Below, in pieces: positions 1 to 15,438 of a stretch of DNA of 64,000 nt (positions within the stretch are counted from its first letter, which is position 1; the number at the start of each line of letters is the position of its first letter). The stretch is from positions 8,432,001 through 8,496,000 of the forward strand of contig CM022673.1 of assembly GCA_012295275.1 (NCBI GenBank), read 5' to 3'. Below the pieces are notes generated by a model. That model was not told where the DNA came from, searched no databases, and saw only the letters and a program-made list of their open reading frames with translations. This stretch comes from Chrysomallon squamiferum (taxonomy: Eukaryota; Animalia; Mollusca). The position numbers and the translations under genes were made by a program.

Positions 1-181
1 CAAGGATCTTTAAAGGCATTTTCTCATAGACAGGAAAATAAACACGTAGTAATTGGAAGGACTGATCAACTGATAATTTTCGCCTCACCCCTTTAAGAAT
101 GTGTCAGACAAACTATGAGAAAGCAAAAGAATGAGTAAGTGCGATTAAAATAAATAAATAATCTAATGTATGTATGCAGAT

Positions 182-228
<47 letters not shown>

Positions 229-1018
229 GAAATAAAAAAGGAAAAGAAAAAGAAATAACCTAGCAGATGAATAATGGAATAAAATATGATAATCACCTAC
301 TTATAACATTAAATTCCTGGTATATAATCTTTTGTTTGTGTTAGTCTATCAGATAATCAGTTAGAGAAACTAGAGTTTAAAACAGAAATTCATTTCTTTC
401 ATTAAATTTTACTGCTATCCGGTATCTGGATCAGATCTCACTATTTACGGGGTTAAAAGCGACGAGCTTAACCTTTACTCAACGAGCTATTACGGATAAT
501 AACAAATAGACAACTTTACCAGCCATTAAATAGAAGAGGGTTTCGTTGAAGCGCACGGATAACTTGAGGCAGTTATCTGACTTCTTAATTTAAAAAAATA
601 TGCAGAGATGTGAAGCAAATGTCCGTTTATTCGAAGATCGAACGGTGTTTGTTAAAAGAAGAGCAAAATGAAAAAGGTAAAAAAAAAATCCACGGAAATT
701 AATTTGCATTTCCAGCAGTCTACATTGATAATTCTTTTTAATTACCATTATTAGTTGTTTGTTGTTGGGTGTGTTTGTTTTTTTTTCTTGTTCTTTTTGT
801 TTTTTGTTTATTTGTTTGTTTTATTATTTTTAAAATTTATTTAAAGTTTTTGTTTTTTTAAATTTTTAAAATTTTAAAATTATTTTTAAATTTTTATTTA
901 AAATTTAAAATTATTTTATCGTTTCTGTTTTTTTTTTTTTTTTTTATATTATATTATATTTATATATATATATATAAAAAAAAAAACCCATTAACTTCGT
1001 TTCTTTTTGCAGTAAATA

Positions 1019-1375
1019 ATTGCAGATAGTGACAAAGTTAAGAAACAGCTATGATCTCTTATCTTTCTGTGAGGTTGTTACAGAGAATCAGGACTGGGTC
1101 TACTTCAGCTGTTAACGAGTGGGTTGAGTAGGGGGATAAGTGTTTTCTGGCAAGTTAAGTGATCTAAGCAATTACGATTAAGGGTAGAACGTTGTTCACA
1201 TATGCTATCGAAATGCTATGTTCCAGATTTTCCATTTCGTTTTAAACAGTCGTGTTCATATATGTGTGTTTTATTTATGTGTGTGTATATATGTGTATGT
1301 GTATGTATGTATGTGTGTATGTATGTATGTATGTGTGTATGTATGTATGTATGTATGTATGTATGTATGTATGTA

Positions 1376-1408
<33 letters not shown>

Positions 1409-1915
1409 GTGTATGTATGTATGTATGCATGTATGTATGAATGTATGTATGTATGTATGCATGTATGTATGTATGTGTGTATGCATATATGTATGTATGT
1501 CTGTGCGTATGGTTATACGTATTTAATTATTTATGTAAATATGTGTTTGTGAATGAAATGGATATTGAAATGTTGGATACATAATAAATTAATAAATAGA
1601 CGAAAGACTGAACGCAAGAATGAACGAATGAATAAATGAATGGATGCAGTTATTTTAACAAGGAGCTAACAGTAACACTGCAGAATATATAAATTTCTAG
1701 AGATTATGGCTGGCTGCTGCTGTTGTCAAGGTGTTGACTGAGAACACAACGTCACCCGTTTGAACCGTCTGGCGTGACGTGCAGTTATCACGAGGTCAAG
1801 TTATGGGAAACAACAGCTGGTTTTCGTGACTACCTGATATCGATAGCCGTTCATTCACAGCAAAAATTCTTTACGGAAAGAAAATGAATAATTTGTTTTA
1901 CAAAGTTATTTGAAG

Positions 1916-1948
<33 letters not shown>

Positions 1949-2332
1949 AAGTCTAGACAGAATAGAAAATTCATGATTATTCATTTTGAATATTCAGTCA
2001 GCTTGAAATATGTGAATGTTATTTATGGAAATATAAGAATAATATTATTTTATAAATACATATTTTTTTTTTTTAGCTTAAAGATGTTGTCATCGTCATC
2101 ACTAAAATAGACTCTAACTTAAATATAAATAAGTAAATGTCAGTAACACGAGAACCACATGGATTAAGAAAAGGGAAACCTTGTTGGAAACCAGTGATTG
2201 AAACACTTATTCCCCCCCCCCACTCAACCCACTCGTTAACAGCTGAAGTGGATCCAGTCATGATTCTCTTTAACAACCACACAGAAAGATAAAAGATCAT
2301 AGCTGTTTCTTAACTTTGTCACTATCTGCAAT
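1019..2332. repeat. Long inverted repeat (arms 1019-1145 and 2201-2332); foldback/MITE-like or two opposed copies of a dispersed repeat
   Basis: Arm 1 (attgcagatagtgacaaagttaagaaacagctatgatc...gagtgggttgagt...ataagtgttt) is the reverse complement of arm 2, with 6 substitutions in about 110 nt plus a G-run length difference. No clear target-site duplication. Confidence 0.9.
1260..1510. repeat. (TATG)n/(TG)n compound microsatellite
   Basis: Visible directly; source of the MYVC/HTYI ORFs. Confidence 0.95.
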
Positions 2333-2451
2333 GATTTCGTAACACTCTTGAATTTTATTTAGAAGTATAGCAAATTTTATTTCGTTTTCATTTCACCAAG
2401 TGACGGTTGCCTAAGAATTTTATAAATAAATTGCACGTGATAAAATAATAC

Positions 2452-2534
<83 letters not shown>

Positions 2535-3083
2535 CGACAACAAAGAAGAAGAATAGTATAGATATGTCGTAACTGTTTCATTCAGAATAGCGGTTCCCAG
2601 CCTTACTGGAGTCCAAAAGCTGTGTTAAAAGTTTTAAAGGGCTCAACTCTACAATGCATAATTATTCACAATGAGTTTGGTAAAAAAAATATATATATAT
2701 TTATATATAAATAATACCCACTGACCTTCTAATTCCAAACAATAACAATATGATGATCTGCATGATCCCTCTAACTGCTGTTTCTAATTAAGAAACAAAC
2801 AAAAAAACACTTCCTTACACAAAAAACATAATTAACAGTTTAGAGCCCACGCACAGTCCTGTGGCCATGACTTCCAGTGTTATGTCAGTTGTGTGTGTCT
2901 AAAGCTAAGGTGGGCGGGGGCAGCTGAACATACCTGTGAAGGGTGCTATAAATAAAACTTTTTAAAAAAAAGTCGAATTAAAGGCACAGGGTCCACGCTA
3001 TTAAATTTTATGACCGTTGTTGAGAAAACGTTAACAAAAAACAGCAGTACCAACAACAACAACAATGATATCACCCGTAATAA

Positions 3084-3162
<79 letters not shown>

Positions 3163-4004
3163 AATTTAGTACTCATACAAAAGTACCACAAGGTATATGT
3201 TTCATGTGAACAGTTTATAATTATTTCTGTATGTATGTGTCTAAATGTTATAAATATAATTATATTATTAGATGAATGATCTCTCTCTCTCTAATAGATA
3301 CACATATGTACATATACATACACACACACACACACACACGCACACGCACAACCACATATATATATATATATAACCAACAAGGGACATTTTCTGGAGAAGC
3401 ATCAATGAACAGATTCCAAAGGCAACATTACTGTAGTTAACAGTCTTAGTCATGAATACATTTATCGTTTTCAGTTCCTCAGAGACTATCATATCGCTTC
3501 TACTATTACAATTACGCGATACTTGATACAATCAATTTACAAACAAAACAAGGATGCACGTTCTTCGCAAGTTGGGAGTGCAATGACCTTAGTTCGAACT
3601 AAAAGGTTATAGGTCAGCAGGTCACTGTGTCGAACGCAGGACGATCATTTTAATTGCGTTCGTGACTTGTTTATGATTTAACAGTCCAGAGAAAAAAACG
3701 CTGTATTAGCAATATTCACTGCAATAAAACCTTAGACATGACGAAATGGAGCAATATATGTCACTGGCGATGTGCATGTAAAAATATTACACGAACAACG
3801 AAAGCATTTAACGACGGCAGTGTGTGGCACTGATCGGTTTTTGCACACCTAACAACAGTTCAGTCGTTTTCTGGCCAAAGCACACCAGCCAGAATCTGTC
3901 TGTCCACTGATCTGAAAGATACGTGCTAGCTGTGATAATAAAATAACCATTGGCCCAGTGTTGTGATACTTTTGTGGAACTAAATCCACAAATATGAAAG
4001 AAAA

Positions 4005-4283
4005 CAGCAGCAGCAGCTGTAGTAGTAGTAGTAGTAGTTGTTAGTAGTAGTAGTAGTTGTAGTAGTAGTAGTGGTAGTAGTAGTAATAGTAGTAGTAGTA
4101 GTTGTTGTTGTTCTTGTAGTAGTATTAGTGGTGATGGTAGTAGTAGTTGTTGTAAAAGTAGTAGAAGTAGTAGTAGCTGCTGTTGTAGTTGTAGTAGTAG
4201 TAGTGGTAGTAGTAGTTGTTGTAATAGTAGTAGAAGTAGTAGTAGCTGTTGTTGTAGTAACGGTAGTAAAGTAGTAGTAGCAA

Positions 4284-4329
<46 letters not shown>

Positions 4330-4369
4330 TGTTGTTGTAATAGTAGTAGTTGTTGTAGTTGTAGTAGTA

Positions 4370-4408
<39 letters not shown>

Positions 4409-4420
4409 ATACTAACAATA
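4005..4420. repeat. (GTA)n/(GTT)n compound trinucleotide microsatellite
   Basis: Visible directly; source of the poly-T/V/L ORFs. Confidence 0.95.
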
Positions 4421-5187
4421 ATAGAGCAAACGGTGTTCTTAAAAGTACAATTATTAACTTCAAAGACTAACAACTGGGTGACTACACCTTTAACGGCGGT
4501 CGCCACAAAACCTGCGGAACTAACGTCAAATAAATCCCCGTATTCCACCCCAAACAATGAGCATAATTAAAAGATCACCGAAAGCGAAGCACAGAACATG
4601 CCCAGTGGCGCAAAAATGATATTAGATGCCCATCTACATTTTAAATTAATTAACACGGTAAAATCCCATGCATATATCTGAGTTCAGATTTCAACCTTTA
4701 TAGAATTTTGAATCTCTTGGCTTTCATAACGGCTTAGATTGTAAATGCGGTTTTGGGGTCGGGGCGTACAAGTAAATCTCATAACAAGAGAATTATTTGT
4801 AATAAAGAGTTCTAGTGTCGTCTGTGATAATATAAATATTTATGTATATTAAAAAGTTAATTTTATAATTACGTTCGCTAACAGTGATAAGACGTGCCGT
4901 TAGTGAGATTATTAATTTTGTCTCTAAAGGATTCCGATGTTCGCGCGATGAAAAAAAGAGGGTGTGGTTCCTTCTGTCAGCCTGCGTCTATGCTTATTAA
5001 GTTTCATTGTTAAAGTGGACCTTTGGTGACATTTATAAATGGTTTAAATATATTTTGCATAATTGTAAATTATTGTTAAATTATTCCGATGATCTAAACT
5101 TTGTTAATAGTTAAGTTTGGCAAAATTAACCAATGAAAGATGAACGTTAATAAATAATAATAGATAAGTATTTTTAAGTGCTAAAAC

Positions 5188-5308
5188 TAAAATAAAAAAT
5201 AATAAAACTACGTAAATATGTACATGAACAATAAAATAAAAAATAATAAAAATACGTAAATATGTATATGAACAATAAAATAAAAAATAATAAAACTACG
5301 TAAATATG
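5188..5308. repeat. 44-bp minisatellite, about 2.7 copies
   Basis: Unit taaaataaaaaataataaaactacgtaaatatgtacatgaacaa, repeated in tandem. Confidence 0.85.
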
Positions 5309-5349
5309 ATTCTGAATTTAGATCATCTTGTTCCCTCAGAAACCGATAA

Positions 5350-5381
<32 letters not shown>

Positions 5382-5710
5382 TCTCTCTCTCTAATCTGGA
5401 CATGAATGCTGAATCATTCTTGAATACAGTCCGCTAAACCATTGACATATAACCCCAAACCGGGTCAAATCAAGGTCACTGACATTTTTCCTGAGCACTT
5501 TAGAGAGAAAGAAAGAATGAATAGTAAACACTACAATAACGAATAAATATCATGTTATTGAATAGGCTTTTTATACATTCGATTTTTTTTAAAGAGCCAT
5601 TAGAGAAGGCTGAATAAGAACAATAATCTATGCCTGTGTATCAAATATAGCCGAGTGTTTTATATATATATATATATAAATATAAACACCTCTGGCAACA
5701 TATCATAATC

Positions 5711-5765
5711 TACTACTCTTATCGACTAAGCAACAAGTCATTTCCTATATGCACCTTCCACCAAA
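5711..5765 (+). mobile_element. Degenerate fragment of a dispersed (SINE-like) repeat family; related fragments at 1-35, about 13850-13885 (-) and about 53565-53620 (-)
   Basis: Shared core tatcga..agcagcaagg.atct.ttatatgcac.ttcc(catagacagg) recurs in both orientations within the window. The SINE assignment is inference. Confidence 0.5.
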
Positions 5766-6663
5766 GTGAAAAACACGTCCCATACTTTTCGAAAAGTTAA
5801 CAGAATAGGAATCAACTCGGTGAGTACATTTATAAAATCTAATACTATTACATTAGTTTGTTGGTTAGGTATTTAACGAACTGTTCGCTTCACACAAGAA
5901 CATATTTAATTAAACACGATACAGAAGAAATCACAGACGTGCTAGTGCGGTGACATAATTAACTGTACGTGGACCCGTTTGATGAAGATTTCAATGAGAA
6001 TAGTGGCAGAACAATTGAGACTGAACCGAGTACCAGGTCAATGAACTAGAACGTGAATCTATTACTGAGCTGGTGCAGAAATGTCACGTCAGTGTTGTCT
6101 CCGGACTCACTTTTGTCGATGATACAAAGCCTGCTGTGCGTATTATTATTATTATTATTAGCTGGTATTGCGGTCTGTGTCTTGAGAGCCGGCCAGGACA
6201 TCCTTCAACCGACGATTTCGGTCCATTATTCACTAATATGGAGGATTTTTAAAATCGAGCCCAGCGGTGTAATATATGTATGTACCCAGAGGCCAACCCA
6301 CCGTTGTTATTAACAAACACATAAATCTGAATTATCACATTGATTTTCGTGGATATCGACATAATGAAACTTTCTGGAATCCTCATGTCGTGTTTTGTGT
6401 TCGTTATATGATTCGCACATTGATCTTTTCATCCATCCATTCAAATAGTTATCTGATCATGCAATCAAGTAGACATTTTTTTTGTTGTTTTTTTTTGTTA
6501 GTGTTGTTTGTTTTGTTTTTTTGTTTGTTTGTTTTTTTGGTGTTTTTGTTGTTGTTGTTTTACAGGAATATGCACACAAACATAAATTAATAAATAAATA
6601 AGTAAGTAAATAAATAAACGTATAAGTATTTATGATTAAATGTACGTACATCAGTCCAGACAC

Positions 6664-6694
<31 letters not shown>

Positions 6695-7009
6695 ATGTAT
6701 GTACATGCAGACATAAATACATACACAATAATACATACATACAGACAGACATACAGACATACAGACATAGAGACATATAAACATACATACATACATACAT
6801 ACATACATACATACATACACACACATACATTCATACATATATACATACATACATACATATATGTAAACTCATACAGAAAATCAGGAAGACATATAAAACT
6901 AAAAAACTGGCAGACTAAATGACATCCATCGAAAAAAAAAACAGAGAAAAAAAAAAAAGACTGAGAACAGATATTTGATGTATACGATATACATATTAAT
7001 TTTCTCCTT

Positions 7010-7047
<38 letters not shown>

Positions 7048-9820
7048 TTTTATTTATTGCATCTGCTTTTTGACATCATCTCCACGCTTCTATTATTAAC
7101 CCAGCTATTCTCTTGATCGTCTTTCACAAAGACGTGTTGGAAATTATTCGTCCGCCCACATTTCTGTCTTCATACATTTTGATATATACCAACTTGATAT
7201 CGCTACCTCATCGGCTGTCACGTTCGAGGCAGTACGCCACAGTCAAACAGTCGTTCTAACTAAATTAATCATGGCTCTTATCTATACGCAACTTTCACCC
7301 ACGACTGTTTGAACAGGAGGCGACTGATTTCATCTCAGAAATAAAATAACACATACGCCGCTCTCGTTACAGTAGTGGGGCAAAAGTTTGCAACTTTTCC
7401 CTCATTTGATTAGTGTTACTAATTTAGGAAATAGACCAATTTAGAGGATCAGAAAAAGAGACAGAGAGTCTGTTATACAATATGCTTGCACTCAAGTACA
7501 TATGGATATATATACACACAAATATACGTCATATGCATGTGTACAGACGTAGATTAACATACATGTTTATAGACACGCACGAAGGCACACATACATATAT
7601 ATATATATATATATACGAACGTCCGAACATATCACACATATAGCTATGAATAGAGCTGGATCTTCATTTTTGCTATTTCCATCGATTTCCCATTCCACCA
7701 AATGCCCTCAACTATTGTAAAAACTGTAACACTCTGTGACGTGGTGTGTATTGAAAATAATACCATTCCATTTGTTATTTTACGAAGTAAGGGTACTAAT
7801 AAGCCTTACATTACTATCCGCCTTTTTCGTTGTGTATTTATTTATTATTTGTTTGTTCTTGTTGTAATAACATATAACGTATTAAGACTATTATTAGGAC
7901 TAAATGTAAAATAGAATTATCCACTTCAGCATCTCTCTTCATTTACGAAAATAGCTGTATTACAAACAGATCGTAATGTGTTTTTTATTGTTTCTATTTA
8001 GGACTGGAGAACTGAAAAATTTGCTTCATCACGCAGGTTTTTTTTTTTTACTTGGTTATAGACAAAATGACTACAGGAATGTAATGGAACTAACGACATT
8101 TCATACAGATTGATGGAATACTAATAAATTTATGTAGAAGTGTAGAAAAATACGTTCATTCTTTCGGTTCTAACTAGTTCATAGACGACTGGTAATGTTT
8201 GCTAATAAAGGCCTCCTACGGACAATATCCAGTTACTGGTGTAAGTACATTAATGGACTGTGTAGTTTTACTATGTAACAGTTAATGCATAGTGATAGAA
8301 AAGTTAACAGAAGACGTGACTTCCAAACCACTGTGTTAATAAAAGTTCTTCTAAATATGAGATTGACAATCACTCACTTGTAAATGTGTTAATGCTCCTG
8401 GCAAATAATGAATGCTAATTTCATTTTATGCATGCTTGAATAACTTGTACGTTCCGTAACTTGTAGGACTGTTAACACAATGGTCGTACGAAAACAGAAG
8501 CTAGTGTAAACGTCCCTACAAACCTGTTTTGAAGAGCAGTGAGTCTTAAACAGCTAATATCAGCTGAAAACTGCGGCATTAAAAACAACATAAATGAGCT
8601 CGTAGCACTAGTTTCAGTTTTAAAATGTATTTAAATATGTATGTATGTATGTATTTATGTTGTATGGATGTATAGATGAATGTATTTATGTATGTTTATA
8701 GACTAAGACTAGGTGGATGGATGGATGAAATGTATGTATGTATGTTTGTATGTATGTAAATCCCTGCACTCATTTGGGTCTTACTAATAAACCAGTTTTA
8801 TGACATGGATGCGTCAGATATATATCGTAAACAACAAACAAGACGCAGACTGAAATGTCGAAATTTGTTATTCACCGGATTCGGAATTTAATTAAGAATA
8901 TTATTTGCATATAAGATTATATATCTTCTCGCTGAAACCGGAGGAAACCGTCACGACCGTTCTCTCCGTCTCGCTTGTTTACGATGGATTCAGCCTTGAC
9001 ACATAAAGACGAAAATTAACTCTGTTTATTGCACATTTAGCAATCGAAGTTACTCGGTGCTTTCTGATGGCTTAATCACCATATGCTTGACACATTAACA
9101 CACAGCAGACAAGGGTCTGTAACCGAACACGCTGCGATGTGGTGGCTTCTTCGTTTCACGGTATTTTTATAGTATGACGAAGAGTGGTAGAGTCTGGGTT
9201 CGAGTACCGGCCGTTTTTTTTTTTTTTTTTTTTTTTTTTTTCTTATTAATTTTCTTCTTCTTCTCTTCTTCTTCTTCTTCTTCTTCTTCTTCTTCTTCTT
9301 CTTCTTCTTCTTCGTAACCCCGTGCTGTACTATACTTTCAACTTGTTTAGACGCTGTTTGAACAAAATAGCTGTGTCTGACCACTTTGTAAATAATTCAA
9401 CTTTGCTAATATTGTATACATACGTCACAAAATTCTTGATGCAGAAAATCCCTTAACAGATCCGGGGATCGTAACTTCCCACATATAAATCATCGAATAT
9501 ATTAAAAATAATACAGGTTTAGACAGACAATTAAAACTCTTGTTTACGGATCCGAAACAGGCGTGTTTGATCCTGCAGCAGATATAAATACGATTGCTGT
9601 TAAGTGCAGTGAAGTGTTTATAATTGCTCAAATATTTTACAGATGCCAACAACAATTTGCAGTCAATGAAAATTTTGTAAAGGACAGAAAGAAGAAAATG
9701 TAGTTTTTTTTAAAATTTATTTTCAAGATCTTCTTAATTTTAGAAATAATAATAATAATAATAACAACAATAATGATAATAATAATAACAACAATAATAA
9801 TTATAATAATAATACTAAAA

Positions 9821-9856
<36 letters not shown>

Positions 9857-9904
9857 TAATGATAATAATAACAACAACAATAATAATTATAATAATAATA
9901 CCAA

Positions 9905-9942
<38 letters not shown>

Positions 9943-10496
9943 CGAAGAAGAAGAAGAAGAAGAAGATGAAGAAGATGCAAAACAATAACGGTTTAAAATC
10001 GTTTCAAAGAAAGTTACGTCTTATTTTGCAAATTCAAAAAATGTCGCTTATGATACCAGGCACCATTGTGCAGACACCGAAACAGTGGGTTTTTTTTTAT
10101 TTTTGAAAAATTTACTATAAACTCAACACCATAAATGAATTCTATAAACACTCAAATGCTACTTACTCATCTCCGACCTCTCGTGTCATTCTACATGCAT
10201 ATATTCTGCATTCATTTGTAAAATACATCAAGTAATCTACGTTTACAACATCGGACGTGACATTTGGTAGATTAATTACCAGCGAGGTAACTGAAAACAA
10301 CAGATGCATAGTATGACTAAAATTCGGAAACGTTATTTAAGAAATTCTAAGAATCCTTCATTTTACGTGCAAATATACACGTATGGGGAGACCATCATTT
10401 GATATGTGTAAGCAAACACGTACAAGCTCAGACACATGTCAAAAGTTATAAATTACAATTAGAAAAATTATTCAAAACGACTCAACACACAAATAT

Positions 10497-10536
<40 letters not shown>

Positions 10537-11418
10537 AACATACATAATCACCTGCAGACACAATTAATATTTAAAATTGCATTATAAAATAAATAAACTT
10601 TGCTGAAATATTAAAAAATGATGGACTGAAACGCAGTAGAAATAATGTATCATAATCATCATCATAATTCTTCTTCTTCTTCTTATTATTATTATCATTA
10701 ATTTTTTTTTTTTTTTTTTTTTTTTAATTTATGATGTTAGGACTATCGCTCAGAGTTCTTATTGTTGTTGTTGTTGTGCTGTTTGTATTCTTTTTGTTGA
10801 GACTGATTAATAGCTGAGGAAGAATTATTTTAAAATTTGTTTTGATTGCACTTTTATTAATGATGGAAACCGTGACCTCTATTTCATTGCGTAGGCTAGC
10901 TAAAAGCTGGAACTAAAAAAAAAGAAAATAATCAAATTTTTCTTGTAAAAAGCATCCTTAGGTAAAGTGAAAAGTTTTTATATAAATTCTGAAAAAAAAA
11001 AAATAATAATATTATTCTCAAAAAGAAAAGAATATGAATGAATGGGATACAATTTCGTCGTGAAAAATGAAAAGAAAAAAAAAAAAAAAAAAAAAAATGT
11101 TTAAAATGTCAAACTGAAAAATGATCCTGAGGGGCATTTTGGTAAATGAAAGATTTGCACGGAGGCGAAAACAGACTATTTGCTTTATAGTGTCATTCAT
11201 CAAAAAAATTATTAATAATGTCTTACTTTCTGAATTCCTGATTTTTAAAAAAAAAAAATGTTGTTCCTTTGCTGGTTTTTGTTTTGTTTTTGTTTTAGTT
11301 AATTCTTTGGTTTTTCTTCATTATTTTAATTTTGTTTCTTTTTATTTGCGTTATTCCGTAACTACTATAGTTTGTATTTATATTAACAGGAAATACTTAA
11401 ACATTCTACTGAACAATT

Positions 11419-11514
<96 letters not shown>

Positions 11515-11884
11515 CTCAGCAAAGACAGATGCCAATCCAAACTAAAAAAAATGAATGTAATTTGACATTTTAAATTACAACAACATTCCAACAATAAGAT
11601 CAGCGCAAATCTTACAGAATCTTTAATCTGGAAATATTTAACAGACGTAGGTTAGATAGTACAGAACATACAACGAAATGAAAACCAGCGTTACTCAGCA
11701 AATATCATCGACATTTTCATTCAGTACAATGGTCAAACACAGGATCCTTATCGTGGCTTCGATTTAGAGATAAGCGACCATTTTAAACACCCGATAAAAT
11801 AAGGCATAAATTCTATATGCAGATTATAAATGTAGGTCTGGTATGCGAAGTATCAAAAACATGTCTTAAAATAGAACAGAGTAC

Positions 11885-12290
11885 AAAGATTATTTTCTAA
11901 TAATAAAACGGACACGAAAGGTGATCTTGGTGCAGTACCAAAAGCAATAATAAAAAATATATATATATTCTAATAATATATTTACAAAAACAGTGATATT
12001 GCTGTGGTAAATAGGAAGATTATAATTCAGTAATAAAACTGATAAGAAATGCCATTTTGCAACATCAGATGCAGCTATTATTTAATTACGTAATAATGCA
12101 ATTGACACAGAATAGTTAAATTCTAATAATAAAATTTATAGGAAAAGTGTTATCGCTATTTCACTTACGAAGATTGTATTGCAACAATAAAATTGAGACT
12201 GAAGGTCATCTTGGTGTAGTATTGAATACGACAACAACAGTATTCTAATACAACTGATAAGAAAGCTGATCTCGTTTTAGGAATTATTAA
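11885..12290. repeat. Old, highly degenerate ~55-60 bp tandem array
   Basis: Recurring tattctaataataaaa(c)tgataagaaaggtgatcttggtg-like units, roughly 6-7 copies. Confidence 0.55.
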
Positions 12291-12593
12291 GAATGTATTT
12301 TATTATTTGCAAAATTGCATTATCACAATCACAAACGTATTTTAGCACAAATAACTGATCAATAATGACGCTATGGCAGTTACTAAGCTTGTGTTATAAT
12401 AATCAAATTGAAACGAAAGATAATCTCACTGCAGTATTAAATACCTTCTACTGAAAGATTTAGAGATAAAAAAGACAGATTAAAAGAAACAAAGATGGAT
12501 AAACGGATGGAAAATTGCCACATGCATACACACACCATACAGACAAACACAAATGTATGTGATTGTGTGAGTATGTGTGTGTGTATATATGTA

Positions 12594-12668
<75 letters not shown>

Positions 12669-13247
12669 TCATAAATAAATATGCATACATATACATATGT
12701 ACATAGTACATACAAGTATGCATACATACATACATACATAAATACATACATGCATACAGTCATGCATATGTACAAACATACATACACATGCACATGTATA
12801 TGTACGTACGTGCGTACACAGGGATTTACACTGATATAAAAATAAATAGAGTTAGACATCTGACTTTAACACACAGATATTTACATAGTGTAAGACAAAC
12901 AGTTGCATAAATCATTAGCATACAGAAAAGTAAGAACTGGCTACTTACAAGATCTTCAGTCGATCTGGATAAATGAAAAAAGCTCCGATTTTAAAGTAGG
13001 TTATATACGCCTGACAAAAATCAGCACCCCCTGAACTGTACGACATACCCTTGTCAAACATAGGTAGCTACTTATATGTCATTGTTCTCCAGACACTTGA
13101 TTTTTGAAAACGTCACAGAATTGACACGGATCAGGTGTATCTAATGCAGACATAATTAAAAGAATTGACAAACCACAGCAGATTCGAAACACAAAGCAGG
13201 TGACAGAGTGTGAAACAGGAGAGATGTTGTTGAAACGTTATCTCACT

Positions 13248-14345
<1,098 letters not shown>

Positions 14346-15406
14346 GCTATATATATATATATATATAATGGAATCTGTACTTGAACAACGAGCTGGGATT
14401 GGTTTTATCGTTAATAAGGAGTTACGAAGGAACGAGAGAGCAGGAATTTTAACGCTATCAAAGATGTTATATTAGTTCAGTTACTGCAAATGAATTCATT
14501 TAGATTCTTAAAACACTTTTGTTTACTCTATAACTTACGATTTCTTTCTCATTTTTTTCTCTCCCCTAAATATGTTATTAACTAGAAACCATTTGTTAAG
14601 AACTAATGGTAGGAGCAGGATATGATGATGACAGTAATGATGTTATAATGATAACCAAGAACATAATGACGATTTTAATGATAAAAACAAAAACAAAAAT
14701 AATAACGACCTCAAGTCACAAAATGTTACTAATTATAGTCATTTGAATGCATCGACGAATCAGAAAATTGCATAAAAAAAATGTTTTATCTACTTACCAA
14801 TAGGAATATATTTTTTCAGAATTTTCCAGTTAAAATATCTTCTTAAGAACAATATTTCTCACAATTTTTACAGTATTTAAATTAAATAAAAACTAACTTC
14901 ACAATATATATATATATATATATAAAAATTAAAAAAATAAAATTAAAAATTAATGTATAAAAAATTGGCAACTTTAATACACTGGGTTAAAAGTCAAACT
15001 ATAAAATGAATTATCTCCCTTGTTTTATGCAGTTTTTATTTTTTTTTTTTTTTTTTTTTTTTTAAACGTACATTTTCGTCACTTCCGGACCTACATCATT
15101 TACTTTGTCCGATGTACATTAGCGATAACATAAATCAAATTAACTTTTCAGTACGGTGGAACGGAAATTCTTTCCTTTTAACACGACACACATGAATGAT
15201 TAAATGGGTTTAGATTGTTGTTTTTTTTTGGCTGTTTGTTTGTTTTTGTTTTTTTTCACGTGGATGAGTTAAGTGTTAATGGGAATGTTACCGGGATAGT
15301 CGTACTGGCTGACAGGTTACCGGATACACAGTGCACACTGTAACAGTATACTCAGCAGGATATCCATTAACAACAACAACATACATACATACATACATAT
15401 ATACAT

Positions 15407-15438
<32 letters not shown>

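Noticed and set aside
7368-7400. Tc1/mariner- or pogo-like terminal motifs (tacagtagtggggcaaaagtttg; also about 13005 and 41167)
   Set aside because: No matching second TIR or transposase sequence could be identified, so it is too degenerate to call.
9181-9215. A-box/B-box-like agtggtagag...ggttcgagtacc followed by poly-T; similar fragments near 13745 and 54565
   Set aside because: Too short, with no anticodon arm or acceptor stem. At most a decayed tRNA-derived SINE head, not a tRNA gene.
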